Shown here: piece after piece, positions 40,314 to 50,216 of the stretch | Position numbering within the stretch: position 1 is the first letter of the stretch | Layout: every line of letters starts with the position of its first letter | Source: an uncultured cyanobacterium | GTDB taxonomy: Bacteria; Cyanobacteriota; Cyanobacteriia; Pseudanabaenales; Pseudanabaenaceae | Reading direction: 5' to 3' | Length of the DNA: 64,000 bases | NCBI GenBank assembly: GCA_963703315.1 | Contig: OY969811.1 | Span: forward strand, 2,400,001 to 2,464,000 | The notes under the pieces: generated by a model | The model's database searches: none | Told to the model about the DNA's origin: nothing | Seen by the model: the letters and a program-made list of their open reading frames with translations, nothing else | Translations under genes and position numbers: made by a program

Positions 40314-41111
40314 ATGACTAATACCAATTCAAATTCTACTGAGGTAATTACCGCCAATCTCCTGCGTTTTGCTGGTTATGGACTGTTGTTACTGGCACTA
40401 TCCAATTTTGCTGATGCCCTCATTCCCCCAAGATTTGGTAAAGACGCGACATGGGAATTTACGACATTGGGGAAACTAGTCGGTACTTCTCCAGTCCCAA
40501 TCATCGGTCTAGTTTTAGTATTTTATGGAGAATCAACAGCCCGTTCCGCGATCGGTAAAAATGTTCTTAAGTTTTTATCATGGCTCTCTTTATTGCTAAG
40601 TATTTTCTATGCTGTTTTTCTGCTGATCGGTATTAGTGCGGCAATTCGGATTAACAATGACAACAATACCCAAGCTAGTTTCACATTGTCTCAGCAAATT
40701 GCTCAATTCAATACGGCTAGGGAAAGTTTAAAAAATACTAATAATGCCAATTTAATTAAAGCGGCAGAATTTATTGAAAGGCGATCGCCAAATATTAAAT
40801 TGAATAAAACCAATCCAACAGAACTTAGAACGCAACTAGAAGCAGAAATCCTTAAAAATGAAAATGCCATCAAAAACAGTGTTCAGGATAGTCAAACTAA
40901 GGCATCTCGACAACTAGTTAAACAAGGAGTCAAATGGTATTTTGAAGCTATAGTATCAGCCTTTATTTTGTTTGGAATTTGGAGTCAAACTAAATGGACA
41001 AGAACCTCAGTTCGTCGCAAGAAAAAAGGATCTAAAAATGCAACTAGTCTGGGTGATATTGCCAGTACACCTACCCTTGATGTTGAATCCTCTAATTCTC
41101 AAGAAGACTAA
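40314..41111 (+). CDS. HpsJ-like membrane protein (cyanoexosortase-associated)
   Basis: LRFAGYGLL, LIPP, WEF..G.LV..PVPIIGLVLVFYGE motifs; coiled-coil region. Confidence 0.8.
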   Translation: MTNTNSNSTEVITANLLRFAGYGLLLLALSNFADALIPPRFGKDATWEFTTLGKLVGTSPVPIIGLVLVFYGESTARSAIGKNVLKFLSWLSLLLSIFYAVFLLIGISAAIRINNDNNTQASFTLSQQIAQFNTARESLKNTNNANLIKAAEFIERRSPNIKLNKTNPTELRTQLEAEILKNENAIKNSVQDSQTKASRQLVKQGVKWYFEAIVSAFILFGIWSQTKWTRTSVRRKKKGSKNATSLGDIASTPTLDVESSNSQED

Positions 41112-41214
41112 AAAATGGCTAGCACAAAACGTTGTATATCGCATTTTATATTCTAGTGAAGAGATTATTTACCCTTTACAAGGCGTGTCTGTTTCAAGAA
41201 ATAACCCTGCCTTA

Positions 41215-41319
41215 TAACTAGCTGGGTGCAATTAAATATAAAACCCCAAAACTTGTGGCGCACGCGCAGCGTGCGCCACAAGTTTTGGATTTGATTTTTT
41301 AATTATGCCCAACTACTTA
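41215..41319. repeat. MITE-like element, family B
   Basis: TAGCTGGGTGCAATTAAATATAAAA-[TGTGGCGCACGCGCAGCGTGCGCCACA]-TTAATTATGCCCAACTACTTA; copies at 39370, ~45390-45466 and 52355-52449. Confidence 0.8.
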
Positions 41320-41417
41320 AAGAGACTAGGGGTATCTCTTAATTAATGTTAGGTTGTGGTCAATTGCTATAGAATACTAGATCTAGTATTTAACCAAGCA
41401 TTACAAGATTTCGACTC

Positions 41418-42569
41418 ATGGAAGATAAGTTGATGTTGATGATTCCAGGTCCAACACCTGTGCCTGAACAGGCGTTGTTGGCTCTGGCAAAAGCTCCGAT
41501 CGGACACCGTAGCGGCGATTTTAGCAAAATCATGGCAGATGTGACTGCTAAGCTCAAATGGCTGCACCAAACCAACAATGATGTATTGATTCTCACCACA
41601 AGCGGAACGGGAGCGATCGAAGCAGGCATCATTAATTTCTTAAGCAAAGGCGATCGCGTCCTGATTGGTGATAATGGCAAGTTCGGCGAACGCTGGGTGG
41701 AAGTCGGTCAAGCCTATGGACTAAATGTTGAAGTAGTTAAAGCAGAATGGGGCAAACCCCTGAATCCTGAAGATTTCCGCGTCAAGCTAGAGGCTGATAC
41801 TAACAAGGAAATCAAAGCAGTAATCATCACCCATAGCGAGACTTCTACTGGTGTTCTCAACGATCTCGTTGCTATTAACCGCCATGTTAAAGCCCATGAA
41901 AAGGCACTGATCATCGTTGATGCTGTGACTAGCTTGGGTGCAATGAATGTTCCCATTGACGAATTAGGCTTAGATGTAGTTGGATCTGGTTCGCAAAAAG
42001 GCTACATGATTCCTCCTGGTTTAGGATTTGTATCGGTCAGTCCGAAAGCATGGGAAGCCTACAAAACCGCCGATCTACCTAAGTACTATCTCGACTTGGG
42101 TAAAGCTCGTAAGGATGCCGCTAAAAATTCCACTCCTTTCACCACTTCCGTGAATATGGTAATGGCGTTGCAAGCTTCCTTAGAAATCATGCAGCGTGAA
42201 GGTTTAGAAAATATCTTTGCTCGTCATATCCGCCATCGGGATGCGACTCGTGCAGCGATCAAGGCACTGAACCTCGGACTATTAGCTCCCGATGATGCCG
42301 CTAGTGCTTCGATTACTTCCGTTGTGCCTCCCGAAGGTCTAGAAGCAGAGAAGATTCGCGCCACGATTAAGAAGAAGTTCGATATTGTCATGGCAGGTGG
42401 ACAAGATCACCTCAATGGCAAGATCTTCCGTATTGGTCACTTGGGCTTTGTCAGCGATCGCGATATTCTCACGGCAATTGCTGCTCTCGAAGCATCCATT
42501 GCTGCACTGGGTTATACCAATTTCACCTACGGTGCTGGTGTCAAGGCAGCGATCGAGGTTCTCGGTTAA
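41418..42569 (+). CDS. Class V aminotransferase (alanine/serine-glyoxylate aminotransferase-like)
   Basis: LMIPGPTPVP, HSETSTG, VDAVTS, SGSQKG (PLP Lys) and FRIGHLG motifs. Confidence 0.93.
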   Translation: MEDKLMLMIPGPTPVPEQALLALAKAPIGHRSGDFSKIMADVTAKLKWLHQTNNDVLILTTSGTGAIEAGIINFLSKGDRVLIGDNGKFGERWVEVGQAYGLNVEVVKAEWGKPLNPEDFRVKLEADTNKEIKAVIITHSETSTGVLNDLVAINRHVKAHEKALIIVDAVTSLGAMNVPIDELGLDVVGSGSQKGYMIPPGLGFVSVSPKAWEAYKTADLPKYYLDLGKARKDAAKNSTPFTTSVNMVMALQASLEIMQREGLENIFARHIRHRDATRAAIKALNLGLLAPDDAASASITSVVPPEGLEAEKIRATIKKKFDIVMAGGQDHLNGKIFRIGHLGFVSDRDILTAIAALEASIAALGYTNFTYGAGVKAAIEVLG

Positions 42570-42629
42570 ATTTTAAAGTTTGGCTACGCCAAACTTTAAA
42601 ATAAAAAAGCCTCGCATTGCGAGGCTTTT

Positions 42630-43565
42630 TTAGGGATTAATTGTGATGTAAGCGTCTGGACAGCTATAGCCTTCATCTTGAATTTTAGGATTAGCTGGAA
42701 TTGTTTTGGTGGGAATATTACTTTCACAGAAAAGAGCCTTAGTATTTTTGGGATTAGCATCAGAACTCGCGATCGCATAGACAATGCCCGTATAAGCTTT
42801 CAGTCCATCCTTTAAGGGAATCGCACTGTTTTGTACCAATAACCCTGAAGCCTTATCTAGCAACGTAATTTTGTAACTATAGAATTCTGAATTTAGCGAT
42901 AATCCTGATCCCAATTGATTAATATCGGTTGAAAATTTTTCTGTCTCTTGAAATATTTGCTGCTGCGATCGCATGATGGCGCGAATATAGGACTTACTCT
43001 CGGCTTCACGGATTAATGTCGATGAACTTTCCAAATCAGGCGATCGCAAAATTTGGATATCACTAGCAAGATTTGTACTATCAGAAACTTTGGTTAATTG
43101 TTGGGGTTGTGGCTCTAACGTAATGGGGCGAGGCTGATCAGGCAGAGTATTCGCAATTTTTAACTGTCCACTACTATCCAATTCGTAAATGGTTTGAGTC
43201 GTGAGATTGCCAAAGTTAAGATCGAGTTGTCGTGGATTAGCACTATCGTTGACCTTATATTTCCCAGCGATCGCTGTCTTACCTGAAGGCAAATCATTAC
43301 TCAAGATATAAACATCGCCATCAATTCCATTTTTAGAATCAAAAATTGCCTTCCCTGTTTTGACTCCCTCTTGAGTTTTAAATTCCCACGTTCCCGATAG
43401 CTTTTGACTGTTTGCACCTTGAGAATCCTTTCCTAAATTATTACAGCCAATTAATAATTCCACAACGATCAATGGAATAAGCACAAAACAAACTGATCTA
43501 ACCGATCTTCTAACCGATCTAGTTGATCTATTGGTAAAAATCTTGCTAAAAATAAGTCTTTGCAT
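42630..43565 (-). CDS. Lipoprotein with a C-terminal type IV pilin-like G/H domain
   Basis: Lipobox LIGC; EAESKSYIRAIMRSQQ, LKAYTG and LFCES...C motifs. Confidence 0.7.
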   Translation of the reverse strand: MQRLIFSKIFTNRSTRSVRRSVRSVCFVLIPLIVVELLIGCNNLGKDSQGANSQKLSGTWEFKTQEGVKTGKAIFDSKNGIDGDVYILSNDLPSGKTAIAGKYKVNDSANPRQLDLNFGNLTTQTIYELDSSGQLKIANTLPDQPRPITLEPQPQQLTKVSDSTNLASDIQILRSPDLESSSTLIREAESKSYIRAIMRSQQQIFQETEKFSTDINQLGSGLSLNSEFYSYKITLLDKASGLLVQNSAIPLKDGLKAYTGIVYAIASSDANPKNTKALFCESNIPTKTIPANPKIQDEGYSCPDAYITINP

Positions 43566-43612
43566 ATCGTTATATAATTTAGCCTGATTAGATTTGATTT
43601 GAGAAGATACTT

Positions 43613-44398
43613 ATGGAGAACAGCTTTATACAAGGATTTTCTGAATATTTGGGGGGAGACAGATTCTTAGATCTAGTGAATATACCTGAAGGAAAGTTCA
43701 TCATGGGAACTCCTTATAATCAGGAAGGTTACGCCAATGAAAAACCATCACAGTTAGTTAGTATATCTTCGTTTTATTTGGGGAAATTTCCAGTTACTCA
43801 ACGACAGTGGCAAGCAATTGCTAAATTACCTAAAATCAATGTTTCTCTTAATGCTGATGTTTCCCATTTTAAGAATGAAGTTGCTCCTGTTGACAATGTT
43901 TCATGGGTTGATGCGATCGAGTTTTGCGATCGCCTTCGCGTACTGACTGGCAAGAATTATCGCTTACCGAGTGAGGCAGAATGGGAATATGCCTGTCTTG
44001 GTGGCAAATCCACCCGCTATTATTTTGGAGATAAGATTAGCTCAGATTTTGCTAACTATGACGGCAGACTCCAATATGAATCCGAGGCTTCCGTAAAATA
44101 TCGCGAAAAAACTACTCCCGTTGGCATTTTTCCTCCTAACAATTTTGGCTTATATGACATGCATGGCAATGTCTGGGAATGGTGTGCCGATCCTTGGCAT
44201 GAAGACTATCGAGGTAGACCGACAAACAGCTCGGTGTGGGAATTTGGCGGAGATCCCCAATATCGTGTCTTAAGAGGTGGATCTTGGAAAGACGATGCAT
44301 GGGAATGTCGGGCGACTAATCGCCGCAAAGATCCTATTGTAAATTGGTACAACTATTATGGATTTCGGATAGCATTGTCTAACAAGTTAGCCAAATAA
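43613..44398 (+). CDS. Formylglycine-generating enzyme (SUMF1) domain protein
   Basis: FIMG, PVTQRQW, YRLPSEAEWEYAC, NFGLYDMHGNVWEW, RGGSW and GFR motifs. Confidence 0.93.
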   Translation: MENSFIQGFSEYLGGDRFLDLVNIPEGKFIMGTPYNQEGYANEKPSQLVSISSFYLGKFPVTQRQWQAIAKLPKINVSLNADVSHFKNEVAPVDNVSWVDAIEFCDRLRVLTGKNYRLPSEAEWEYACLGGKSTRYYFGDKISSDFANYDGRLQYESEASVKYREKTTPVGIFPPNNFGLYDMHGNVWEWCADPWHEDYRGRPTNSSVWEFGGDPQYRVLRGGSWKDDAWECRATNRRKDPIVNWYNYYGFRIALSNKLAK

Positions 44399-44944
44399 GC
44401 GTAATTCAGAGGTTGGTGAATTAAGAAATAAATCGGCTCTTTTCAGGACTGATGGCGAAATAGTAATTTGCTTGAGCATAACTAAGCCTTCATCAATAAA
44501 GGACTGACAAAGCGCTGCATTATTCCCTTTATTGAAGGTAGTCTCGTAGTAAACTTCGCGAATACCCGATGATACTACTAACTTTAAGCAAGAAATACAG
44601 GGTTCCAAAGTTACATAAATACTCGCACCATCAGTGGAAATACCATGTTTTGCGGCTTGGGCGATCGCGTTGGCTTCTGCATGAACTGCCCTTGAGGGAA
44701 ACTCCTTACTAGCATCACAGGTACTAACATTTGGATAGCAATATCCTTGAGTAGTGCAATGGACCGATCCTGATGGTGAGCCGTTGTAACCTGTAGCTAA
44801 TACTTGTTTGTCCTTAACAATCACTGCCCCCACAGGAAAGGCTAAGCAAGTTGATCGCATGGCAGCAAGTTTGGTCAGCAACATAAAGTATTCGTCCCAC
44901 GTGGGACGTTGTTGGAATGCTGCATTGTCGATCAATTCGGACAT
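44387..44944 (-). CDS. dCMP deaminase (ComEB family)
   Basis: WDEYFM, RSTC, VGAVIV, TGYNG, HAEANA and PCISC motifs. Confidence 0.92.
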   Translation of the reverse strand: MSELIDNAAFQQRPTWDEYFMLLTKLAAMRSTCLAFPVGAVIVKDKQVLATGYNGSPSGSVHCTTQGYCYPNVSTCDASKEFPSRAVHAEANAIAQAAKHGISTDGASIYVTLEPCISCLKLVVSSGIREVYYETTFNKGNNAALCQSFIDEGLVMLKQITISPSVLKRADLFLNSPTSELRLFG

Positions 44945-45088
44945 GGGTAATAAATGATTGTTGTTGAGCTATAGCCCAAAACAGTTTACCGTAACCTTGG
45001 AAGTTATAGTTGTCGTCATTTGCATAGAGTTGTGGCGCTTCGCGCCGCCACTCTATTTGAGGTTTGTTAAAGTAGCGATCGCTAGAAC

Positions 45089-45265
45089 TTAAGGTAAGTC
45101 AAATTTATTCAATAATTTTAAAATGGCTGCCGTACCCACAATTTGGACAATTACCTGTACGGGACTTTGAGCATTACCACCGCCTTCTCCTGATTGAGCA
45201 AAAGCAGGAGAAGCAATACTTAGCAATAGCATTAGTACAATAATAAATTTGAGTCTAGTAAGCAT
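45089..45265 (-). CDS. 58 aa small protein with signal peptide (below the ORF-track cutoff)
   Basis: Manual translation MLTRLKFIIVLMLLLSIASPAFA-QSGEGGGNAQSPVQVIVQIVGTAAILKLLNKFDLP*. Confidence 0.6.
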   Translation of the reverse strand: MLTRLKFIIVLMLLLSIASPAFAQSGEGGGNAQSPVQVIVQIVGTAAILKLLNKFDLP

Positions 45266-45557
45266 TTGATTTTAAGGATTACAGATTGCCAATATTATTA
45301 AAAAAACACAGATTATGCTGGGAGATTGACCAATAGTACTAGTAAGTCCTACAAATTATAAACAAATTCCAGTACAGCGCTTTGCGCTAAATTAAAACCC
45401 CAAAACCTGTGGCGCACGCGCAGCGTGCGCCACAGGTTTTGGGGTTTTAATTATGCCAGCTACTTATAAGACACAAAAATCACTGTAGGATGTTAAAAAG
45501 TGCAGATTTTAGGCTGTGCAGATTAAACCTATAAATTTAGAATACTGAAGCAAATCA

Positions 45558-46208
45558 ATGGCTCCTCAACTGCGTGTCTATGTCCCACCTCATCCAATTA
45601 TTCGTCACTGGATTACCATTGCGAGAGAAAAACATACACCAGTCCCCCTATTTCGCACAGCGATGAGTGAGATGGGTAAATGGCTTACCTACGAGGCAGT
45701 TCGTGAATTTTTGCCCGTACAGGAAGTGGATATCGAAACTCCATTGGCAAATGCATCAGGACAATTGATCGATGCTTCTATCCCTTTAGCTTTTGTACCA
45801 ATTTTACGGGCTGGTTTATCCATGCTCGAAGGATGCCAGACCCTTTTACCAACAGCAAGTGTTTACCATCTGGGCTTAGTGCGTAACGAAGAAACCCTTG
45901 AGGCTAGTTGCTATCTCAATCGTTTACCCGATCGCTTTGAACCCCAAACCCATATTTTCATTGTTGAACCAATGCTAGCTACAGGGGGATCGATTATTAC
46001 AACCTTAAAATTACTTACAGAAAGAGGAGCCGATCCTTCCTTAATTCGGATTATTAACGCCCTCTGTGCGCCGCCAGCATTACAATTAGTCAATCAACAG
46101 TTTCCTACAGTACAAATCTATTCTGCTTGTATTGATGAAGTTGTCAATGAGAAAGGATGGATTGTCCCTGGATTAGGAGATGCAGGAGATCGCTCTTTTG
46201 GAACCTAA
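45558..46208 (+). CDS. upp: Uracil phosphoribosyltransferase
   Basis: VPILRAGL, RNEETL, PMLATGGS and IVPGLGDAGDRSFGT motifs. Confidence 0.97.
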   Translation: MAPQLRVYVPPHPIIRHWITIAREKHTPVPLFRTAMSEMGKWLTYEAVREFLPVQEVDIETPLANASGQLIDASIPLAFVPILRAGLSMLEGCQTLLPTASVYHLGLVRNEETLEASCYLNRLPDRFEPQTHIFIVEPMLATGGSIITTLKLLTERGADPSLIRIINALCAPPALQLVNQQFPTVQIYSACIDEVVNEKGWIVPGLGDAGDRSFGT

Positions 46209-46244
46209 ATAAAAAAGAAGACACGCTTTGCGTGTCTTCTTTTT

Positions 46245-47291
46245 TTATTGCAGAAACTTAATCAAAGCTTCGGCTTTGTCCCATGCAGCACCACTTTTCA
46301 GGATTTCTGATGCTAGCTTCACACCTTCAGTCCAAGTGCTAGCTGCACCACCAATGCGTAATGCCAAGCTACTATTCAATGCGACACAATCAGTTTGAGC
46401 GCGATCGCCTTTACCTTGCAACACCGCACGTAAGATCTCGGCATTTTCCTGAACATTCCCACCCTTGAGACTTGTCAATGGTGCAGGAGTTAATCCTAAC
46501 TCCTGAGGACTCAGTACTTCTTCGGTCACTTGACCATTACTTAAAAAGGAAATATCCGTTAGATCCCCTAAACCCGCTTCATCCATACCTTCACGGCTAT
46601 GTAAGACCACAGCTTGCTGGCGATCGAGTAATCTTAGAGCTTCTGCTACAGTATGCGTTAATTTCCTATTGTAAACCCCTAAAACCTGAGCAGTGGGATG
46701 CAGAGGATTTACTAAGGGACCTATCAAATTAAAAACAGTACGGACTCCTAAACTCTTGCGAATAGCACCTACTGATTTCATCGCTGGATGCCAATTAGGA
46801 GCAAATAGGAAGGTAATTCCCACCGCAGCGAGTGCTTCGTAAATCTTTTCAGTCGGTGATGCTAAATGAATTCCAATCGCCTCTAATACATCCGCCGATC
46901 CAGAGCGACTAGAAACTGCACGATTACCATGCTTTGCTACAGGTATGCCCGCCGCCGCCGTTACAAAGGCAACAGAGGTAGAAATATTAAAAGTTGAAGC
47001 CCCATCACCACCAGTACCACAGGTATCAATCAAAGGCTTGGAGCGATCGACAATATGACCAAACTGCTCCTTCGATTTCTGTCCTTCACTTTGGGATTGT
47101 AAGACATTAGCCATCGCTGCTAATTCAGAAGCTTCCACACCTTTAAATTGCAAAGCTGTCAAAATTGCCCCCGATAGTTCTGGGGCGATCGCACCTTCTA
47201 ACCATCCTTGCATCAAGGCTGTTGATTGTTCACTAGTTAGGGTTTGGCAATCAATAAGCTGTTTCAGCAGTTGTGACCAGTTTTGTTCCAT
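46245..47291 (-). CDS. trpD: Anthranilate phosphoribosyltransferase
   Basis: [32 protein letters not shown] and RTVFN motifs. Confidence 0.97.
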   Translation of the reverse strand: MEQNWSQLLKQLIDCQTLTSEQSTALMQGWLEGAIAPELSGAILTALQFKGVEASELAAMANVLQSQSEGQKSKEQFGHIVDRSKPLIDTCGTGGDGASTFNISTSVAFVTAAAGIPVAKHGNRAVSSRSGSADVLEAIGIHLASPTEKIYEALAAVGITFLFAPNWHPAMKSVGAIRKSLGVRTVFNLIGPLVNPLHPTAQVLGVYNRKLTHTVAEALRLLDRQQAVVLHSREGMDEAGLGDLTDISFLSNGQVTEEVLSPQELGLTPAPLTSLKGGNVQENAEILRAVLQGKGDRAQTDCVALNSSLALRIGGAASTWTEGVKLASEILKSGAAWDKAEALIKFLQ

Positions 47292-47348
47292 AGCTCTCTT
47301 TGGATAACGCTTTATATTGCTTCAAGGATACATTACTGCGATCGCTTA

Positions 47349-47443
47349 TATAGCGTTTCACAGTTTAGTGAGGTACGGGATTGTTGCCCCGCCGAAGGCG
47401 GGGCAACAATCCTCTGTACCTCGCTTGCTTGAAAAGCGCTATA
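47349..47443. repeat. MITE-like palindrome (TATAGCG...CGCTATA) whose end supplies the stop codon of the neighbouring gene
   Basis: TAGCGTTTCA..GAGGTAC..GGATTGTTGCCCCGCCGAAGGCGGGGCAACAATCC..GTACCTC..TGAAAAGCGCTA. Confidence 0.7.
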
Positions 47444-49589
47444 CTGCCTTATTATTTTTATCAAATAGAACTAGAACAGTTTGCACAATCAGTGTTAGAT
47501 CATACCAAACGCTCCAGTTCTTACGGTATTCAATGTCATAATTGACTACTTCCGCAAAACTTCTGACACTAGAACGCCCATTTACTTGCCATACTCCTGT
47601 AATTCCTGGTCTGACATCGAGGCGATTCCATTCGGTATAGCGTTCATCTTGATACTCAACCTCTAACTCATAGGAATTAATTTCGTTAAAAGTTGGTGGA
47701 CGAGTACCTACTAAACTCATATCCCCGATCAAAACATTCCAAAATTGAGGGAATTCATCCAGACTAGTTTTTCGCAAAAACTTACCGATTTTAGTGACAC
47801 GGGGATCGGCGGCATTTTTGAAAAACTTGTCATTCGCACTGGTGTTGGGTTGACCATTAGCTTGTGAATTGCCCGACTGTGTGGTTGCTGCAACTTGATT
47901 GGCAACTTTACCCTTGAGTTGCTCTGCATTCTGCACCATAGAGCGAAATTTCCAAATCTTAAAAGGTTTACTCAGTAATCCACAACGAACTTGGGCAAAC
48001 AAAACACCTCCTTCGCTTTCTACGATAATTAGAATTGCGATCGGAATGAACAAAATAGCGGTAAAGCCTAGTCCAATTAATGAGCCAACTATATCAATTA
48101 ATCTCTTAAGAGGGTCACGCACAGAAGGATGTACAGGTATCCCAGGATCGATATCAATACAGGGAAAGAAAAACTTGAGTATGGGATAAAAAACTCTGAG
48201 TACAGGAATTTTTTTGATAAGCCTCTGAAGGCGGAATAGAAACAAATTAAATGGGGTAATGTTACTGACTCTAGTTTTCTGAATTGAGTCAGAAAATCGA
48301 AAGGTATTCGTATCTTTCTCAATGATGAACAAATTGCTAAGGGAGGAAAGAGAAATCAAAGAATTTACAGCTTCACTCACACTCCATAGGACTAATTCAG
48401 TTTGGTTGACTGTAGCAATTCTCAAACAATTAGTTAAAGCTCCTAAGCCTGCACCATCCATAAAAGTGGTATGACTCATGTCAATAACAATCCTTGTATA
48501 ATATTCATCAGGATTGCAAATAGTCTGAAAATCGCCCAAAAATTCTCTAGCAGTAGAAAATTCTAGTCTTTCTGGACTATAAATAAATGCGACTTCATCA
48601 AAGGTAACGATGGAAGCTTGCTTATAGTCTCTACTTCTTTCTTTGCGCCCTTGAGTTGTGTCATCATTAACGGGAATGTAAACAGTTTGAGGATAAAGAT
48701 CGGCGATCGCCTGACTTCTAACTACTAGAAGATCAAGAATCCCTAATTTTAATAACAACCAAGCAGGTAAACTGAGATCTTGTAGTCTTGTTCTCGACTC
48801 TATATAAACAACTTCACTACGATAAAACCACTTGGCAATCATTAGATACGGAATCGCAAAACCTGACCCTGTAGAAAAAACTAATTCTGGTTTTTCACGC
48901 GGTACTACCTTAAACGCTAATATAAAATTGCGAATTATATTTGGGAAGTTATCCTTAACAGGAATATATGCCCAGTATCTACGATTATCTGTTATTTCTC
49001 TTTCAGTCGTAGGATTTTGAATTGATACCCAACTGCGATCGCGATGCTTTTCCCAAAATGGTTTTAGGCTTTGCATATAGCGAAAGAAACCACCCAAGGA
49101 GCAAACCAACATAATGCTCTGGGTTGGATATCTATTTTGCAAATATGCACATAATTTAGCCTCATCAACTTTAGGTGTTACCGATGAAGTTTGTTGTAAC
49201 TTAATAAACTTAACTAAATCCCCAGGGGAACGAGCGATCGCTACACCTCGACGTTCAAAATCATCAGCAACTTCCATTTGATGATTATCAATATGTTCTC
49301 GAAATCTTTGTAAACGTGGCACTAAAACAAAGGGAGTGTCTCTATCTTCTAATAACTGGACAACACCCTCATCACAATGGCTAATAACTAGGCTGATCCT
49401 GTCGATTATACTTAATAATTCTTGTTCGGATAAGTTGCTATAAGCTTTTACGCCATCAGGTAAATATGTTGAATAACCATGCTGCACTAATACGTCTTCG
49501 TTAATTAGTTGATACTTGATTAGCAGTTCAATCCAATGCATCAAGGCATTGAATTGGTATTGCTCTGTACCAACTGTGACTAAAAGCAT
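47439..49589 (-). CDS. Fusion of PssE/Alg13-like, PssD/Alg14-like, STAS and priming sugar transferase (WcaJ/CpsE-like) domains
   Basis: MLLVTVGT..QF, VPRL..FREHIDNHQ (PssE); VFSTGSG..YIES (PssD); IVIDMSHTTFMDGAGLG (STAS); KRLIDI, KFRSM, DPRVT..G.FLRKTSLDEFPQ, GDMSLVGTRP and PGITGVWQV (phosphoglycosyl transferase). Confidence 0.85.
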   Translation of the reverse strand: MLLVTVGTEQYQFNALMHWIELLIKYQLINEDVLVQHGYSTYLPDGVKAYSNLSEQELLSIIDRISLVISHCDEGVVQLLEDRDTPFVLVPRLQRFREHIDNHQMEVADDFERRGVAIARSPGDLVKFIKLQQTSSVTPKVDEAKLCAYLQNRYPTQSIMLVCSLGGFFRYMQSLKPFWEKHRDRSWVSIQNPTTEREITDNRRYWAYIPVKDNFPNIIRNFILAFKVVPREKPELVFSTGSGFAIPYLMIAKWFYRSEVVYIESRTRLQDLSLPAWLLLKLGILDLLVVRSQAIADLYPQTVYIPVNDDTTQGRKERSRDYKQASIVTFDEVAFIYSPERLEFSTAREFLGDFQTICNPDEYYTRIVIDMSHTTFMDGAGLGALTNCLRIATVNQTELVLWSVSEAVNSLISLSSLSNLFIIEKDTNTFRFSDSIQKTRVSNITPFNLFLFRLQRLIKKIPVLRVFYPILKFFFPCIDIDPGIPVHPSVRDPLKRLIDIVGSLIGLGFTAILFIPIAILIIVESEGGVLFAQVRCGLLSKPFKIWKFRSMVQNAEQLKGKVANQVAATTQSGNSQANGQPNTSANDKFFKNAADPRVTKIGKFLRKTSLDEFPQFWNVLIGDMSLVGTRPPTFNEINSYELEVEYQDERYTEWNRLDVRPGITGVWQVNGRSSVRSFAEVVNYDIEYRKNWSVWYDLTLIVQTVLVLFDKNNKAV

Positions 49590-49753
49590 ATCTCAATTCC
49601 TATTACATCTAAACAGAACAATATCCAAACAAGATCATTTTTTAGTATGCCTAGCATTTTATGCTTAGGACATTATAGTAACGCTAAAGTTATCCAGCTA
49701 AGTCTATCAAACATTACAATAACAAATGAAATACTTGTAAAAAACTCAAATTT

Positions 49754-50038
49754 ATGACCAAAGCTATTTGGAATGGGGCTGTCCTTGCTGAAAGCGATCG
49801 CTGTGAAGTTGTAGAGGGAAATCAATACTTCCCTGAGGACTCATTGAATCCAGAATATTTTAAACCTAGTAGTACCCATACAACCTGTGGCTGGAAAGGA
49901 GTAGCAAGCTATTACAGTATTGAAGTTAATGGCGAAACTAATAAAGATGCCGCTTGGTACTATCCCGAGCCAAAGGATGCGGCTAAACAAATTAAAGGTC
50001 ATGTCGCTTTTTGGCGCGGTGTAAAAGTTGAACTATAG
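49754..50038 (+). CDS. DUF427 family protein
   Basis: LAES..VEGNQYFP, CGWKGVASYY and AAWYYP..IKGHVAFW motifs. Confidence 0.9.
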   Translation: MTKAIWNGAVLAESDRCEVVEGNQYFPEDSLNPEYFKPSSTHTTCGWKGVASYYSIEVNGETNKDAAWYYPEPKDAAKQIKGHVAFWRGVKVEL

Positions 50039-50216
50039 CAAGGCAGGTTTTGTTTAGGACATTAAACCCAAATAAATAAAGGCGGTGCTTCGCACCGCCT
50101 TTATTTATTTGGGTTTTAATCAAAGCCATGCAAAGCGTGGCTTTGGTTATGGTTCTATGATTTATTTTTTGTGGCGCGGCTTGCCGCGCCACAAAAAATC
50201 TAGTTCTGCGAGTCCC

